From: Candidatus Zixiibacteriota bacterium | GTDB lineage: Bacteria > RBG-13-66-14 > B26-G2 > WVWN01 | Assembly: GCA_030613505.1 (NCBI GenBank) | Contig: JAUWLW010000009.1 | Span: 1,110 to 65,109, forward strand | Length of the DNA: 64,000 nucleotides | Direction: 5' to 3' | In this document: positions 54,360 to 63,467 of the stretch, piece by piece | Position numbering within the stretch: the stretch's first letter is position 1 | How the letters are laid out: every line of letters starts with the position of its first letter | Notes under the pieces: model-generated | The model's database searches: none | Told to the model about the DNA's origin: nothing | Seen by the model: the letters and a program-made list of their open reading frames with translations, nothing else | Program-made: the position numbers and the translations under genes

Positions 54360-55964
54360 CTAATTATTCGTTAATGATGAAACCTTGTCAGGACGTAATA
54401 TCGTATCCTTGGCACACCTTTCGTCGTCGCGGTTCGGGTGGTCCAAATTGAAGTGAAGGCCGCGGCTTTCGGGGCGGGCTTGCGCGGAATGTACGATTAA
54501 TTGGGCCACCGTTACTATGTTATGGAGCTCGACCAGGTCGTGGTTCAGGTTGGCGGTGGCGATAAGCTTATCCACGTTGCGACGGATGACCGCCAGCCGT
54601 TCCGCCGCCATCTCGAGACGGCGGTCACTCCGCACGATGCCGACGAAGTCCCTCATCGTTCGCCGCACCAGGTACCAGTCGTGAGAGACCGCTACCGGCT
54701 CGTGGTCGTTGACGCGCTTGCCGTTCCACGCCACGGCCGCTTCCGCCTCCGGAGCGAGGCCTATTTCTTCCGCCGCGGCATCGGCGGCCCGTTTGGCGAA
54801 GACGACCGCCTCCAGGAGAGAGTTCGAGGCCAGGCGGTTGGCGCCGTGAAGGCCGGTGCAGGCGACTTCTCCCACGGCGTAGAGCCCCGGCAATTCCGTA
54901 CGGCCGGAGAGGTCCGTCAGTACGCCGCCGCAGCAATAATGGGCCGAAGGGGCTACCGGCGCGGGTTCCACCGCCAGGTCGATGCCGTATTCGAGGCATT
55001 TGGAATAAATATACGGAAATCTTTTCTCCAATTTCTCCTTGCCCATATCCGTGACGTCGAGAAAGACGTGGTCCGTCCCGGCCTTCTTCGTCTCCTGGTC
55101 GATAGCGCGAGCCACGACGTCGCGCGGTCCCAGGTCCGCATCCTGATGATAATTTACCATGAACCGTTCGCCGTTTTTATTGAGTAAAACGCCCCCCTCG
55201 CCGCGAAGCGATTCCGAGAGAAGGAATGACCGTTCGGGAAGCGTTTTGGCGCCCGGGCGGAAGAGGCAGGTGGGGTGGAACTGGAAGAACTCCATATTGG
55301 CTACGGCGACGCCGGCGCGCCAGGCCGCGGCGATGCCGTCGCCGGTGCTCACGTCCGGGTTCGAGGTGATGAGGTAGACTTTACCGGCGCCGCCGGTCGC
55401 GAGGACCGTCGCTCGCGCGGCGAACGACATTACGTTGCCGTCGGCGCTCAGGACGTACGCCCCCCGGCACCGGCGGCCTTCGCCGTCCCCCCTCACGACT
55501 AAGTCGAGCGCGAGGTGGTTTTCGAAAATGTCGACGTTGGCCCGTCGACTCAGCGTGTCTATCAGCGCATCTTCTATCGCTTTACCGGTCAAGTCCGCGG
55601 CGTGCAGGATGCGCCGGCGCGAGTGCCCGCCCTCCATCCCCAGGTCGTAGCCGCCGTCCTGTTCTTTGGTGAACTCGACGCCCAGTTGGGCGAGTTCCAC
55701 CACCCGCCGGGGCCCTTCGCGCACTACCGTTTCGACCACGTCTTCGTGGCACAGGCCCGCGCCGGCTCGGATGGTGTCCTGGGCGTGGAGATTTACGTCG
55801 TCGTCGGGCGACGTGACGGCGGCGATGCCGCCCTGGGCGAGTGCGGTGGAGCTGTCCGTAAGGCCGCGTTTGGTGACCAGGCCCACGCGGCCGCGGTCGC
55901 CGAATTCCAACGCCGTATATAGGCCCGCCAGCCCCGAGCCGATTACGAGAAGGTCGAAATCCAT
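54360..55964 (-). CDS. nadB: L-aspartate oxidase.
   Basis: 'MDFDLLVIGSGLAGLYTALEF' FAD-binding. 'RPESRGLHFNLDHP' fumarate reductase/succinate dehydrogenase flavoprotein family C-terminus. ATG at 55964. Confidence 0.85.
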   Translation of the reverse strand: MDFDLLVIGSGLAGLYTALEFGDRGRVGLVTKRGLTDSSTALAQGGIAAVTSPDDDVNLHAQDTIRAGAGLCHEDVVETVVREGPRRVVELAQLGVEFTKEQDGGYDLGMEGGHSRRRILHAADLTGKAIEDALIDTLSRRANVDIFENHLALDLVVRGDGEGRRCRGAYVLSADGNVMSFAARATVLATGGAGKVYLITSNPDVSTGDGIAAAWRAGVAVANMEFFQFHPTCLFRPGAKTLPERSFLLSESLRGEGGVLLNKNGERFMVNYHQDADLGPRDVVARAIDQETKKAGTDHVFLDVTDMGKEKLEKRFPYIYSKCLEYGIDLAVEPAPVAPSAHYCCGGVLTDLSGRTELPGLYAVGEVACTGLHGANRLASNSLLEAVVFAKRAADAAAEEIGLAPEAEAAVAWNGKRVNDHEPVAVSHDWYLVRRTMRDFVGIVRSDRRLEMAAERLAVIRRNVDKLIATANLNHDLVELHNIVTVAQLIVHSAQARPESRGLHFNLDHPNRDDERCAKDTILRPDKVSSLTNN

Positions 55965-56066
55965 AATCCCGTAATTATAACATTCGTTATCATAAAACGC
56001 AAAAATAATCAAAAAGGGCGGCCGCGAGGCCGCCCTAGGGAATGCCGGTTTCGCAGCGATTAAACG

Positions 56067-56867
56067 CTACAACGTAATACGTATGCCGCCTTCGAAGACA
56101 AACGCGGTTCTAATTTCCTGATCTTCCTCGATTCCCCGGTACTCCCCGCCGCCGAAGAAGATTAAAGTGGTCCAATCGAAATACGGTACGAAGCGGCTCT
56201 CGGCGATCCTTACGTCGAGACCGCCCCCGGGCCGGACGTACCACCGTTCGATTGTTTCCGAATACCAACGGGTGAGTTCGTAGTCTTCGTACGCGTAGCC
56301 AAACCCAACGGTAGCGTGCGGTTTTAAGAAATACGACCGCGAGTAGGGTATTATATAAGGCCTTAATTCCAAGCCGACCAAGAAACCCAAACCATCCCCG
56401 TGGAAAAAACCTGATAGTTCCGGCCCGAATGCGAAATAGTCGCTGACGTTAAAGACAAGGTCCGCGGTTGGGGCCACGCAGGTTCTACTACCGAACCAAC
56501 CGCCTACCCCCAACGATAGCGTAAGTAGGCTGCGTTCCCAACGACTTTCCGCGGGTCGCGTTTCTGCTATTTCGGTTAACCTAAACCGGCAATACGCGCA
56601 ATAGACGTCGCCCTGCTCGGTTTTTTCGCCGCATTTAGGACAGTAGTTATAATCCGTCCTTAACTCCGGTAGTTTTTTACCGCAATTCGCGCAATAAATC
56701 GCGCCCGTCGCGTTTTTCGCGCCGCACGCGGGGCACGTTTGGGTTTCGTCTGCGGCGGCCGTTAATGTAAGCGCTTTGGCTTCAGTACTGGCGGATCCCG
56801 GCGCGAAAGCCCCGAAGCAGGTTAAACAAACTGTTGTTACGAATAGTAATAGCGTCTTCGTATTCAC
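56067..56867 (-). CDS. Exported double-zinc-ribbon protein with a C-terminal beta-rich domain. Hypothetical.
   Basis: GTG start at 56867 after GGAGGG. Signal peptide 'VNTKTLLLFVTTVCLTCFGAFA'. Two CxxC-N10-CxxC ribbons: 'CPACGAKNATGAIYCANCG' and 'CPKCGEKTEQGDVYCAYC'. Confidence 0.5.
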   Translation of the reverse strand: MNTKTLLLFVTTVCLTCFGAFAPGSASTEAKALTLTAAADETQTCPACGAKNATGAIYCANCGKKLPELRTDYNYCPKCGEKTEQGDVYCAYCRFRLTEIAETRPAESRWERSLLTLSLGVGGWFGSRTCVAPTADLVFNVSDYFAFGPELSGFFHGDGLGFLVGLELRPYIIPYSRSYFLKPHATVGFGYAYEDYELTRWYSETIERWYVRPGGGLDVRIAESRFVPYFDWTTLIFFGGGEYRGIEEDQEIRTAFVFEGGIRITL

Positions 56868-57142
56868 GTACACCCTCCGTATCTTTTTGTATTGAAGTAC
56901 CTTGGAGGAGTTACACAACCTCCGACGTTATACGCCGCAGTCCCGGTTGTGGAACCCTTATCCTATCGCCCGCATAAAACCCCTTTAGAAGCTAAATAGC
57001 GGGACCTCTATTTTAACGGCGAATCTTTCCCGTTCCAAGGATCTCCGGGCGCATGGCAAACGTATTTGAGTATCGTCGTCATGGCCCGGACGCGACGCGT
57101 AGACCGGCTCGGTTTTGACCGCGAGGCCGACGATAAACACAA

Positions 57143-57775
57143 CTAAACCCCCAGGCACATAACGCCGCCCGCGATATAAATCGCCTTCGAATCTTCGCCG
57201 ATACCCAAGGCCGTGATGCCGGGGCCGATTACGAGCCACATCACGAGGCCGGCAACCCACAATCCCGTCCTCGCGTGGCCCGGCTCGATCATCGTCCCCT
57301 TGGGGATATAACCTCTCCCCGGTACGTAAACCAATTCCAGTTCGGCGGTTCGGGCCCCGGCGGCGGAGAAGCCGTACCCGCAATCGCCGCAGAACCTCGC
57401 CCCCTTCTCGTTGACGAAACCGCACGTAGGGCACACCCTTGCGTACGTTAAGCCTGCGTCGGACGCACCCGTTCCTTTATTCGTTCCGCATTGCGAACAG
57501 TATTTCGCGTCGGCCGGGTTTACGTAGCGGCAGTTAACGCACGTCCAAGTCTCTCCGGCCGCGGCGACGTCGGATATCCCCGCCAATATCTCGTCGTACG
57601 TAATTTGCGCGTACGTCAGCGGATCGTATTCGATTATGGGGAGTTCTTCGGTGACTGTCGCCCCGCGCTCTTCGCTGAGACGGTTCCACGGTACGGCCCA
57701 CGCGATATTAGCCCACAAAAGCGCTGACGCAAGGATAAGAACGAACGCGCCGTTAACCTTTAAAATGCGACCCAT
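57143..57775 (-). CDS. Exported/membrane-anchored double-zinc-ribbon protein, paralogous in architecture to 56067..56867.
   Basis: Hydrophobic N-terminus 'VNGAFVLILASALLWANIAWA'. 'CVNCRYVNPADAKYCSQCG' and 'CPTCGFVNEKGARFCGDCG'. C-terminal TM 'GLWVAGLVMWLVIGPGITALGIG'. Confidence 0.5.
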   Translation of the reverse strand: MGRILKVNGAFVLILASALLWANIAWAVPWNRLSEERGATVTEELPIIEYDPLTYAQITYDEILAGISDVAAAGETWTCVNCRYVNPADAKYCSQCGTNKGTGASDAGLTYARVCPTCGFVNEKGARFCGDCGYGFSAAGARTAELELVYVPGRGYIPKGTMIEPGHARTGLWVAGLVMWLVIGPGITALGIGEDSKAIYIAGGVMCLGV

Positions 57776-58036
57776 CCAAGTAGCCTCCTCTCTAAATAAA
57801 CTAATTTCGTAATTATTTCAAAATACCTAACACTCTTCCGAATGTCAAGAACTTTCCTATATATGATACGTTTTGTTAAGATTGAGGGGGGTGTTAAGCG
57901 GTATTCTCGGTTTAATGGCTGTAGCGTTTCGAAAACTTCGCGTCGAAGACCTCCGGCCGATGTGGCTTCCGTAATATTCCATAAAAGAACGGGCGGCCTC
58001 GCGGCCGCCCGAAAGAACGATTGCGCGTACGGGGTG

Positions 58037-59023
58037 CTACAAATTAATGAATCCGCCGTACGTGAGCGTGATGTACATACCCTGCGGCGAGTTGTTGCCC
58101 ATTACCGGGTACATAAACTTCAAACCGAGGGCGCTGCTTTCGTCGAGCTGATATTTCGGGTAAAGGCCCAGGTATAGGGTCGAGTGGTCTACGCCTTCGG
58201 GTTTGGGCTCCGTTTCCGGCCAGTTATCCGGGTACGCGAGATCGTCCTTCATCGACATCTCGTAACCGATGGGCACGTAGATCTGGAAAGCCTGGTCGCG
58301 GCTAACGGCAATACCCGGCTCGGCGTGCAGATATATCATCAAGCCCGGCGTGACGTCGTAGTCTCTCCAATCGAGTTCGGGAAAGGGTCCTGGTTTGACT
58401 ATTACGTAGTCTGCAACAGTTTTCTTCATGCGGTAGCGGAAGCCGGCCTGGCCGCTCATTACGAACTTCGTCGATTCGCCGTACTTGCCGGCGACGAGCG
58501 CCACGTCGATATCCATTTGGTCGTCGCCCAGGTTGGGTTTTTCGTCCTTGTAGTCTACTTTGCCGACCGGAATCTTAACGGCTAAGCGGGGCCCGAGGTA
58601 GAAGTCGGTGGCCGTTTCCCAAAGGCCGCGGGCTTTGACCCAGATGTCGCCTAGTCCCATGGCGTTTACGGTTTTCTCCTCGGTTGTACCGGGTTTCCAA
58701 GTCTCGCTCGGCCGTAGAATCTGGAGCGTGACGTCCGCCATGATGTGCTCGTTAAACGCGTAGCCGACGTCGAGCGGGACGAGGAGTGCGTTGGGTTTGC
58801 TCTTCCAATCGTCGCTATCGCCGGCGTCGTCGAAGCCTTTACTAGCCGCCCAGTACCCGGCGCCGGCGTTAATGTGGAGCGTTTCGGGTACGATGGGCAG
58901 GCCGCCCGGGTCAATGGAGATGAGGCCGTCGTACGGTGCGTATTCCGGCATGGTGTAGCCGAAGGCCGCGCCCACGGCTATAAAGGGTACGGCTGACAGT
59001 AGAACTAAGCGCGATAATTTCAT
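58037..59023 (-). CDS. Hypothetical outer-membrane/exported beta-rich protein.
   Basis: ATG at 59023 after GGAGGAAAG. Signal peptide 'MKLSRLVLLSAVPFIAVGAAFG'. Alternating Tyr/Gly-rich strands. Confidence 0.45.
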   Translation of the reverse strand: MKLSRLVLLSAVPFIAVGAAFGYTMPEYAPYDGLISIDPGGLPIVPETLHINAGAGYWAASKGFDDAGDSDDWKSKPNALLVPLDVGYAFNEHIMADVTLQILRPSETWKPGTTEEKTVNAMGLGDIWVKARGLWETATDFYLGPRLAVKIPVGKVDYKDEKPNLGDDQMDIDVALVAGKYGESTKFVMSGQAGFRYRMKKTVADYVIVKPGPFPELDWRDYDVTPGLMIYLHAEPGIAVSRDQAFQIYVPIGYEMSMKDDLAYPDNWPETEPKPEGVDHSTLYLGLYPKYQLDESSALGLKFMYPVMGNNSPQGMYITLTYGGFINL

Positions 59024-59294
59024 GCTTTCCTCCTTCTCGTTTGAGGTTAGCTTTCTTACGGACATATTATGAAATCGATTGCTTAAAAGCAAGTTTTTTT
59101 TAGGTTAAAATCCGCGGCGGCGTGCGGCCCGCCGAAAAGCCTTGACATGGAAGCTATACGTTATTAGAATTTAAGGCGCTGGCTGGCGTGCGCGGCTGTT
59201 AATAATTAGCGAGTTTCGGTTGTTTCAAGCGAACGCAAACGGTAAAAAACGACCGTCCTACGACGGGTTTTTTTTTCGCGGGTAGTATCCGAAC

Positions 59295-60278
59295 GTGTCG
59301 ACAATAACGAAGGTAATTTTCGTCTCGTTCGCGGCTGCGGCCTTGATCGGTTGCGGCCGCGGCGCGCGCGACGCGGAGTGCTTCGACGTAGCGGTAGTGA
59401 TGGACGCCGGCGGCTTGGGGGATAAGGGAAAAAACGACATGGTCTGGCGGGGGTGCCAGCGTTTCGCGGAGGAGAGCGGCGTCGCGGCCAGGGTTGGTAG
59501 CTACGAACCCGTTACGGAGGCCGAAGGTCGCGCGTACCTACGCGAAGCGAGCGATGGCGGCGCCGACGTAATAATCGTCGCGGCCCCGATATGGGAGGAT
59601 TACGTCCACGGCTTGGCCCGAGAATACCCCCGTATAGTTTACGTCGTCGTGGACGGCGAGAGAGGCGCGTCCAACGTTAAGTCGTTGAGCTTTCCGGCCG
59701 CCGACGCCGGGTACTTGATGGGGGTGGCCGCCGCGGCCGCGGTCCCGGCGGGGAATTACGCGTTCCTGGGGGGTCGTAAAGACGCCTCCACCGAGAAACT
59801 TGCCGGCGGGTACCGCAAGGGGATTATGTCCGAGAACCCGTCGTCGGCGGTAGCCGTGGTTTATGCCGGCGACGATTTCGCCGCCCCGGTCGCACGCGGT
59901 CGGGTTCGCGCCCTCGCGGGGGAGCTTTTCGACGACGGCGCCGCGGTGATTTTCGCCGCCGCGGGCGTGGCCAACGCCGACGTCGCCGCTGTCGCCAAAG
60001 AAAGGGATAAACTATTAATCGGTTACGAGTCGAATCAGAATTACCTCGAGCCGGGATACGTCATAACGTCGTTGAATATCAGGTGGGATAACGTCGTATT
60101 CGAGGAGCTGCGCAAAACCGCGTCCGGCGATTTCAAAGGGGGCGAGCGCGAGATCAGCATCGCGAGCGAGCACATCTCTTATCCCATCGACGACAACAAC
60201 CGCTCGTTAATCCCGGCCGAAGCGGTGCGAAAAATAGAGGCCGCGCGCCAGCGGCTGGCGGCCGGGACGGTTGAGTAG
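59295..60278 (+). CDS. BMP-family (PnrA/Med-like) ABC transporter substrate-binding lipoprotein.
   Basis: Lipobox 'ALIGCG'. 'VAVVMDAGGLGDKGKND', 'DVIIVAA' and 'LIGYESNQN' match the basic-membrane-protein family pattern. Confidence 0.6.
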   Translation: MSTITKVIFVSFAAAALIGCGRGARDAECFDVAVVMDAGGLGDKGKNDMVWRGCQRFAEESGVAARVGSYEPVTEAEGRAYLREASDGGADVIIVAAPIWEDYVHGLAREYPRIVYVVVDGERGASNVKSLSFPAADAGYLMGVAAAAAVPAGNYAFLGGRKDASTEKLAGGYRKGIMSENPSSAVAVVYAGDDFAAPVARGRVRALAGELFDDGAAVIFAAAGVANADVAAVAKERDKLLIGYESNQNYLEPGYVITSLNIRWDNVVFEELRKTASGDFKGGEREISIASEHISYPIDDNNRSLIPAEAVRKIEAARQRLAAGTVE

Positions 60279-60289
60279 AGCGGTTTCCC

Positions 60290-60961
60290 GTGGCGGCGAC
60301 GAAAGGCGTGGATATAGCCGGGTCCGAGGTGGAAGGGGTAGCCCGGGACGGCGGCGCGGCTCTCGTCGGCGTCGCTGCGGTAGGCGGCGGCGTACCCGGC
60401 GAGTTCGCCGGTTTCCCGCGGGCCGTTGTGGCGGCGGTGCCTTTATCGCGGGGCGTGGTAGCGACGTGCGTAACGGCGCCGACGCGTATCTATGCGTATC
60501 ATTATCGCGTCGTGAACGCCGTCCTCGACAACGTCGCGTGCCGGCTGGCGTCGTTTTTGGAAAGCAGCGGTTATGCGACGTTGGCCGTTCCGGCGTCGCA
60601 AATTGTCGACAGGGACCGCGTCGTCGGCTCGGTAAGCCATCCCCGCCTGGCGCAGCTCGCCGGGCTTGGATTTATAGGCCGCCACAACTTGCTCGTTACG
60701 CCGCGGTTCGGCGCCGCGGTGCGGCTGGTAAGCGTTTTCACGAACGCGCCGCTCGAAGCGGACGAACCGGCCGCGGGCGGTTGCGGCGATTGCGACGCGT
60801 GCCGGCTCGCGTGCCCGGCGGGCGCCGTAGGCGAGGGGCCGGAGCTTTGGGACCGCGCCCGTTGCCTCGAGAAGTTGCGCGATTTTAAAAAGCGGATTAC
60901 GAACCAGTACATATGCGGCGTATGCGTCCGCGTGTGCACCGGCGCCGGGGCCATTTTTTGA
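60290..60961 (+). CDS. QueG-like 4Fe-4S protein (short, epoxyqueuosine-reductase-like).
   Basis: 'LAGLGFIGRHNLLVTPRFGAAVRLVSVFTNAPLEADEP...CGDCDACRLACPAGA' parallels the QueG core ('AGLGWIGKH...CGxCxxCxxxCP'). A second partial 'CGVCVRVC' is present. At 223 aa it is much shorter than canonical QueG. Confidence 0.45.
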   Translation: MAATKGVDIAGSEVEGVARDGGAALVGVAAVGGGVPGEFAGFPRAVVAAVPLSRGVVATCVTAPTRIYAYHYRVVNAVLDNVACRLASFLESSGYATLAVPASQIVDRDRVVGSVSHPRLAQLAGLGFIGRHNLLVTPRFGAAVRLVSVFTNAPLEADEPAAGGCGDCDACRLACPAGAVGEGPELWDRARCLEKLRDFKKRITNQYICGVCVRVCTGAGAIF

Positions 60962-60964
60962 TGT

Positions 60965-62440
60965 ATGTCTCCTGAGACCGCCATCGCAGGGCAAAGGATT
61001 TACCACCGCGTCGTCGGCATCGTCAAACTGGTGGTGGATTTCCTACTGCTCAATCTCTCGACCTTGGTCGTCCTCTTATTTCAGGAAAGGATATTGGGGG
61101 TGGCCGATTTCTTGCGCGAGCCGATGTCCGATCCCGCCGTCGGCCAATTCTTCGGCCTGGCCACCTACCTCAAAGTCTCCCTGGTCTATAGTTTCGTGAC
61201 CGTCGCGGTTTTTTTCAACCGCGGTTTGTACGTCCGCCAACGTTCGATGGCGCGGCTCGACGAGCTATACCTCGTAATGAAATCGCTGATCATCTCGGCC
61301 TTTTTGATGATGGCGATTTCGGTTTTATTTCCCCAACTGCCGTATGCCCGCGCTATTATCGTAAGCAATTTTTTCCTGAGCCTCGTCCTCATCGACCTAT
61401 GGCGCATCACTTTGCGTAAAGTCGTAGGTTTTCTCGCGGAACGCGGCGTGGGGTTGATACGCGCCGTAATCTACGGCGCCGGTAAGAGCGGTCGTATACT
61501 CTCCAATCAAATCAAATTGCACTCCGAGTTCGGTTATTCCATTGTGGGCTATATAGACGACGACCCGGCCAAGAAGGGCCAAGTCTACGAAGACATCGGG
61601 GTTCTGGGGGCGTTTGAGAAGCTACCCGAAATTATAGTCTCCCACGACGTCGACGAAGTTTTGGTGGCTATTCCCTCCGCGGCGCACCGCCATCTGCTGC
61701 ACGTCGTCTTCGAGCTTCGCGAGAGGCGGATACCGTTTATGGTTATCGCCGACCTCTTCGAGCTGGTAACGCGCCGCGTCTCCGTAATGCAAATCGGCTC
61801 CATCCCCCTCTTGCGCTTGTGGCGCTCGCCGCTCGAGGGCTGGCAGGGATACATAAAACGGGCCATAGACATCGCGGGGGCCCTCGCCGGCATTATTATA
61901 TTTTTACCTTTTTGGCTTTTGATAATTATACTCATAAAGCTCGACTCCAGAGGCCCCATGTTCTACCGCCAGGAGCGCCTGGGTAAGGGCGGCCGGCCGT
62001 TCAAAATTTTCAAGTTCCGCTCCATGGTCGTCGGCGCCGACGAAATGCTGCCGGAGCTCGCCGAGTTCAACGAGATGGACGGGCCTATATTCAAGATTAA
62101 AAAGGACCCGCGCATCACCCACGTTGGGCGCCTATTGCGCAAGTTTAGCATCGACGAGTTCCCTCAGCTTATCAACGTTTTGAAGGGGGATATGTCGCTT
62201 GTGGGGCCGCGGCCCCCTATACCGGATGAGGTCGAGGAATACGAGCGTTGGCAGATGAAGCGCTTGACGGTCCCGCAAGGCGTCACTGGCTTGTGGCAGG
62301 TCAGCGGCCGCAACCTGTTAACGTTCGAGGAGATGGTCCGCCTCGACATTTATTACATCGAGAACTGGTCGCTGTGGCTCGACCTCAAGCTCCTCCTCAA
62401 GACGATCCCGGTGGTGGTTTTGATGCGGGGGGCTTATTAA
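60965..62440 (+). CDS. Polyprenyl-phosphate sugar phosphotransferase (WbaP/exopolysaccharide 'bacterial sugar transferase' family).
   Basis: Multi-TM N-terminus. Central NAD-binding-like 'VIYGAGKSGR'. C-terminal 'KRAIDIAGALAGIIIFLPFWLLIIILIKLDSRGPMFYRQERLGKGGRPFKIFKFRSM...PRPP' signature. Confidence 0.8.
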   Translation: MSPETAIAGQRIYHRVVGIVKLVVDFLLLNLSTLVVLLFQERILGVADFLREPMSDPAVGQFFGLATYLKVSLVYSFVTVAVFFNRGLYVRQRSMARLDELYLVMKSLIISAFLMMAISVLFPQLPYARAIIVSNFFLSLVLIDLWRITLRKVVGFLAERGVGLIRAVIYGAGKSGRILSNQIKLHSEFGYSIVGYIDDDPAKKGQVYEDIGVLGAFEKLPEIIVSHDVDEVLVAIPSAAHRHLLHVVFELRERRIPFMVIADLFELVTRRVSVMQIGSIPLLRLWRSPLEGWQGYIKRAIDIAGALAGIIIFLPFWLLIIILIKLDSRGPMFYRQERLGKGGRPFKIFKFRSMVVGADEMLPELAEFNEMDGPIFKIKKDPRITHVGRLLRKFSIDEFPQLINVLKGDMSLVGPRPPIPDEVEEYERWQMKRLTVPQGVTGLWQVSGRNLLTFEEMVRLDIYYIENWSLWLDLKLLLKTIPVVVLMRGAY

Positions 62441-62462
62441 ACCTCTGCTGTTTTTAATTTTA

Positions 62463-62486
62463 ACCCGCCTGGCGGCGGGTTTTTTA
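62463..62486 (+). terminator. Rho-independent terminator after the sugar transferase gene.
   Basis: ACCCGCC-tggc-GGCGGGT followed by TTTTTTATT. Confidence 0.65.
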
Positions 62487-63467
62487 TTGCGTTTGAATAT
62501 CTTTAGCGGAGGGCCCGTCCCGTGCCGCGCGGGCCTCCGTTTTCGAGCCGGCGCCCGCGGCCGCCGCCGCCAGGAGGAGTTCCGCCGCCACCGCGACTAT
62601 CCGGCTCGCCACCGCCAGGAACGCCGCGTCGCCCGGCGGCATGTAACGCTGCAGCAGTATTACGAGCAAACCTTCTCGCACACCCAGGCCCGAGGGCGCG
62701 AAGACGGCGACGTACCCTAGGACCGCGGCCGCGACGTACGCCGCCCCCACTTGGGCCGCCGCGGCCGCCCCGAGCGGGACGAAGGCCGCGGCGAAGAACG
62801 CGAAGAAGACGCCGAGCGAGACACAATAGGCCGCGTACGCGAGGGCGAACGCCGCCGACCCGCGCCGGCCTATGAACATCTCCGTCCCTAATTCCCCCAG
62901 CCGCATCTTTTTAAGGGGCCATGCGAGGAGGCGTCGCAGGACCGCCGGTTGGATTAACATAGCGAGCGCTAAGGCCCCCGCCGCGGCGAGCCCGAGCCCT
63001 GCCCAAGAGAACGCGCCCGTCAAGAGAGCCGCCGCCAAAGCGAGCGCTACCGCCACGCCGCCGACGGCGGCGAAGACGTTCTCGTAGGCCACCGCGAGCG
63101 CGGCCGTCAACCGCGGAACGCCCCGCCGTTCGTACATGTATATTTTACCGACGATGACCGCGAAGCGGCCCGGGACGTACCGGCCGAGGAGGCTGTAGAA
63201 GAAGGGGCGGAGGCCGGCGCGAAAGCTGAGGCGGTACCCGACGCGGCGCAGTACGGCCAGCGAGACCTTGTAGAGGTAGAAGTACGAGCCGAGCAGCGCG
63301 AGGGCGGCGGCGACGAGTGAACCCGCTCGCGGCGGCTGCCAACCCGCCCGTACGTCCGGCCAATTGTCGACCAGCACTTTTCCGACGAAGAAGACGGCCG
63401 CGGCGACGAGTATTAATTTAGCCGCCGTCCAAAGGGCCCGCCGCCAACTGCGGTTATTAGTTGTCAT
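62484..63467 (-). CDS. Lysylphosphatidylglycerol-synthase-TM-like (UPF0104) flippase-like membrane protein.
   Basis: Polytopic. 'WRRALWTAAKLILVAAAVFFVGKVL' and 'LLGRYVPG' are typical of UPF0104 proteins found beside glycosyltransferases. Confidence 0.5.
   Translation of the reverse strand: MTTNNRSWRRALWTAAKLILVAAAVFFVGKVLVDNWPDVRAGWQPPRAGSLVAAALALLGSYFYLYKVSLAVLRRVGYRLSFRAGLRPFFYSLLGRYVPGRFAVIVGKIYMYERRGVPRLTAALAVAYENVFAAVGGVAVALALAAALLTGAFSWAGLGLAAAGALALAMLIQPAVLRRLLAWPLKKMRLGELGTEMFIGRRGSAAFALAYAAYCVSLGVFFAFFAAAFVPLGAAAAAQVGAAYVAAAVLGYVAVFAPSGLGVREGLLVILLQRYMPPGDAAFLAVASRIVAVAAELLLAAAAAGAGSKTEARAARDGPSAKDIQTQ

Noticed and set aside
59241-59280. A hairpin with flanking A and T tracts (AAAAAACGACCGTC-ctac-GACGGGTTTTTTTTT) 15 nt upstream of the BMP lipoprotein start.
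   Set aside because: It sits between divergent gene starts rather than after a gene end, so it is not a conventional terminator. It could be a leader structure, but I cannot assign a function.
60271-60888. An alternative-frame 205-aa Arg-rich ORF overlapping the QueG-like gene.
   Set aside because: Its composition is pure Arg/Gly/Pro low complexity. The other frame has Fe-S cluster motifs and QueG-like conservation.
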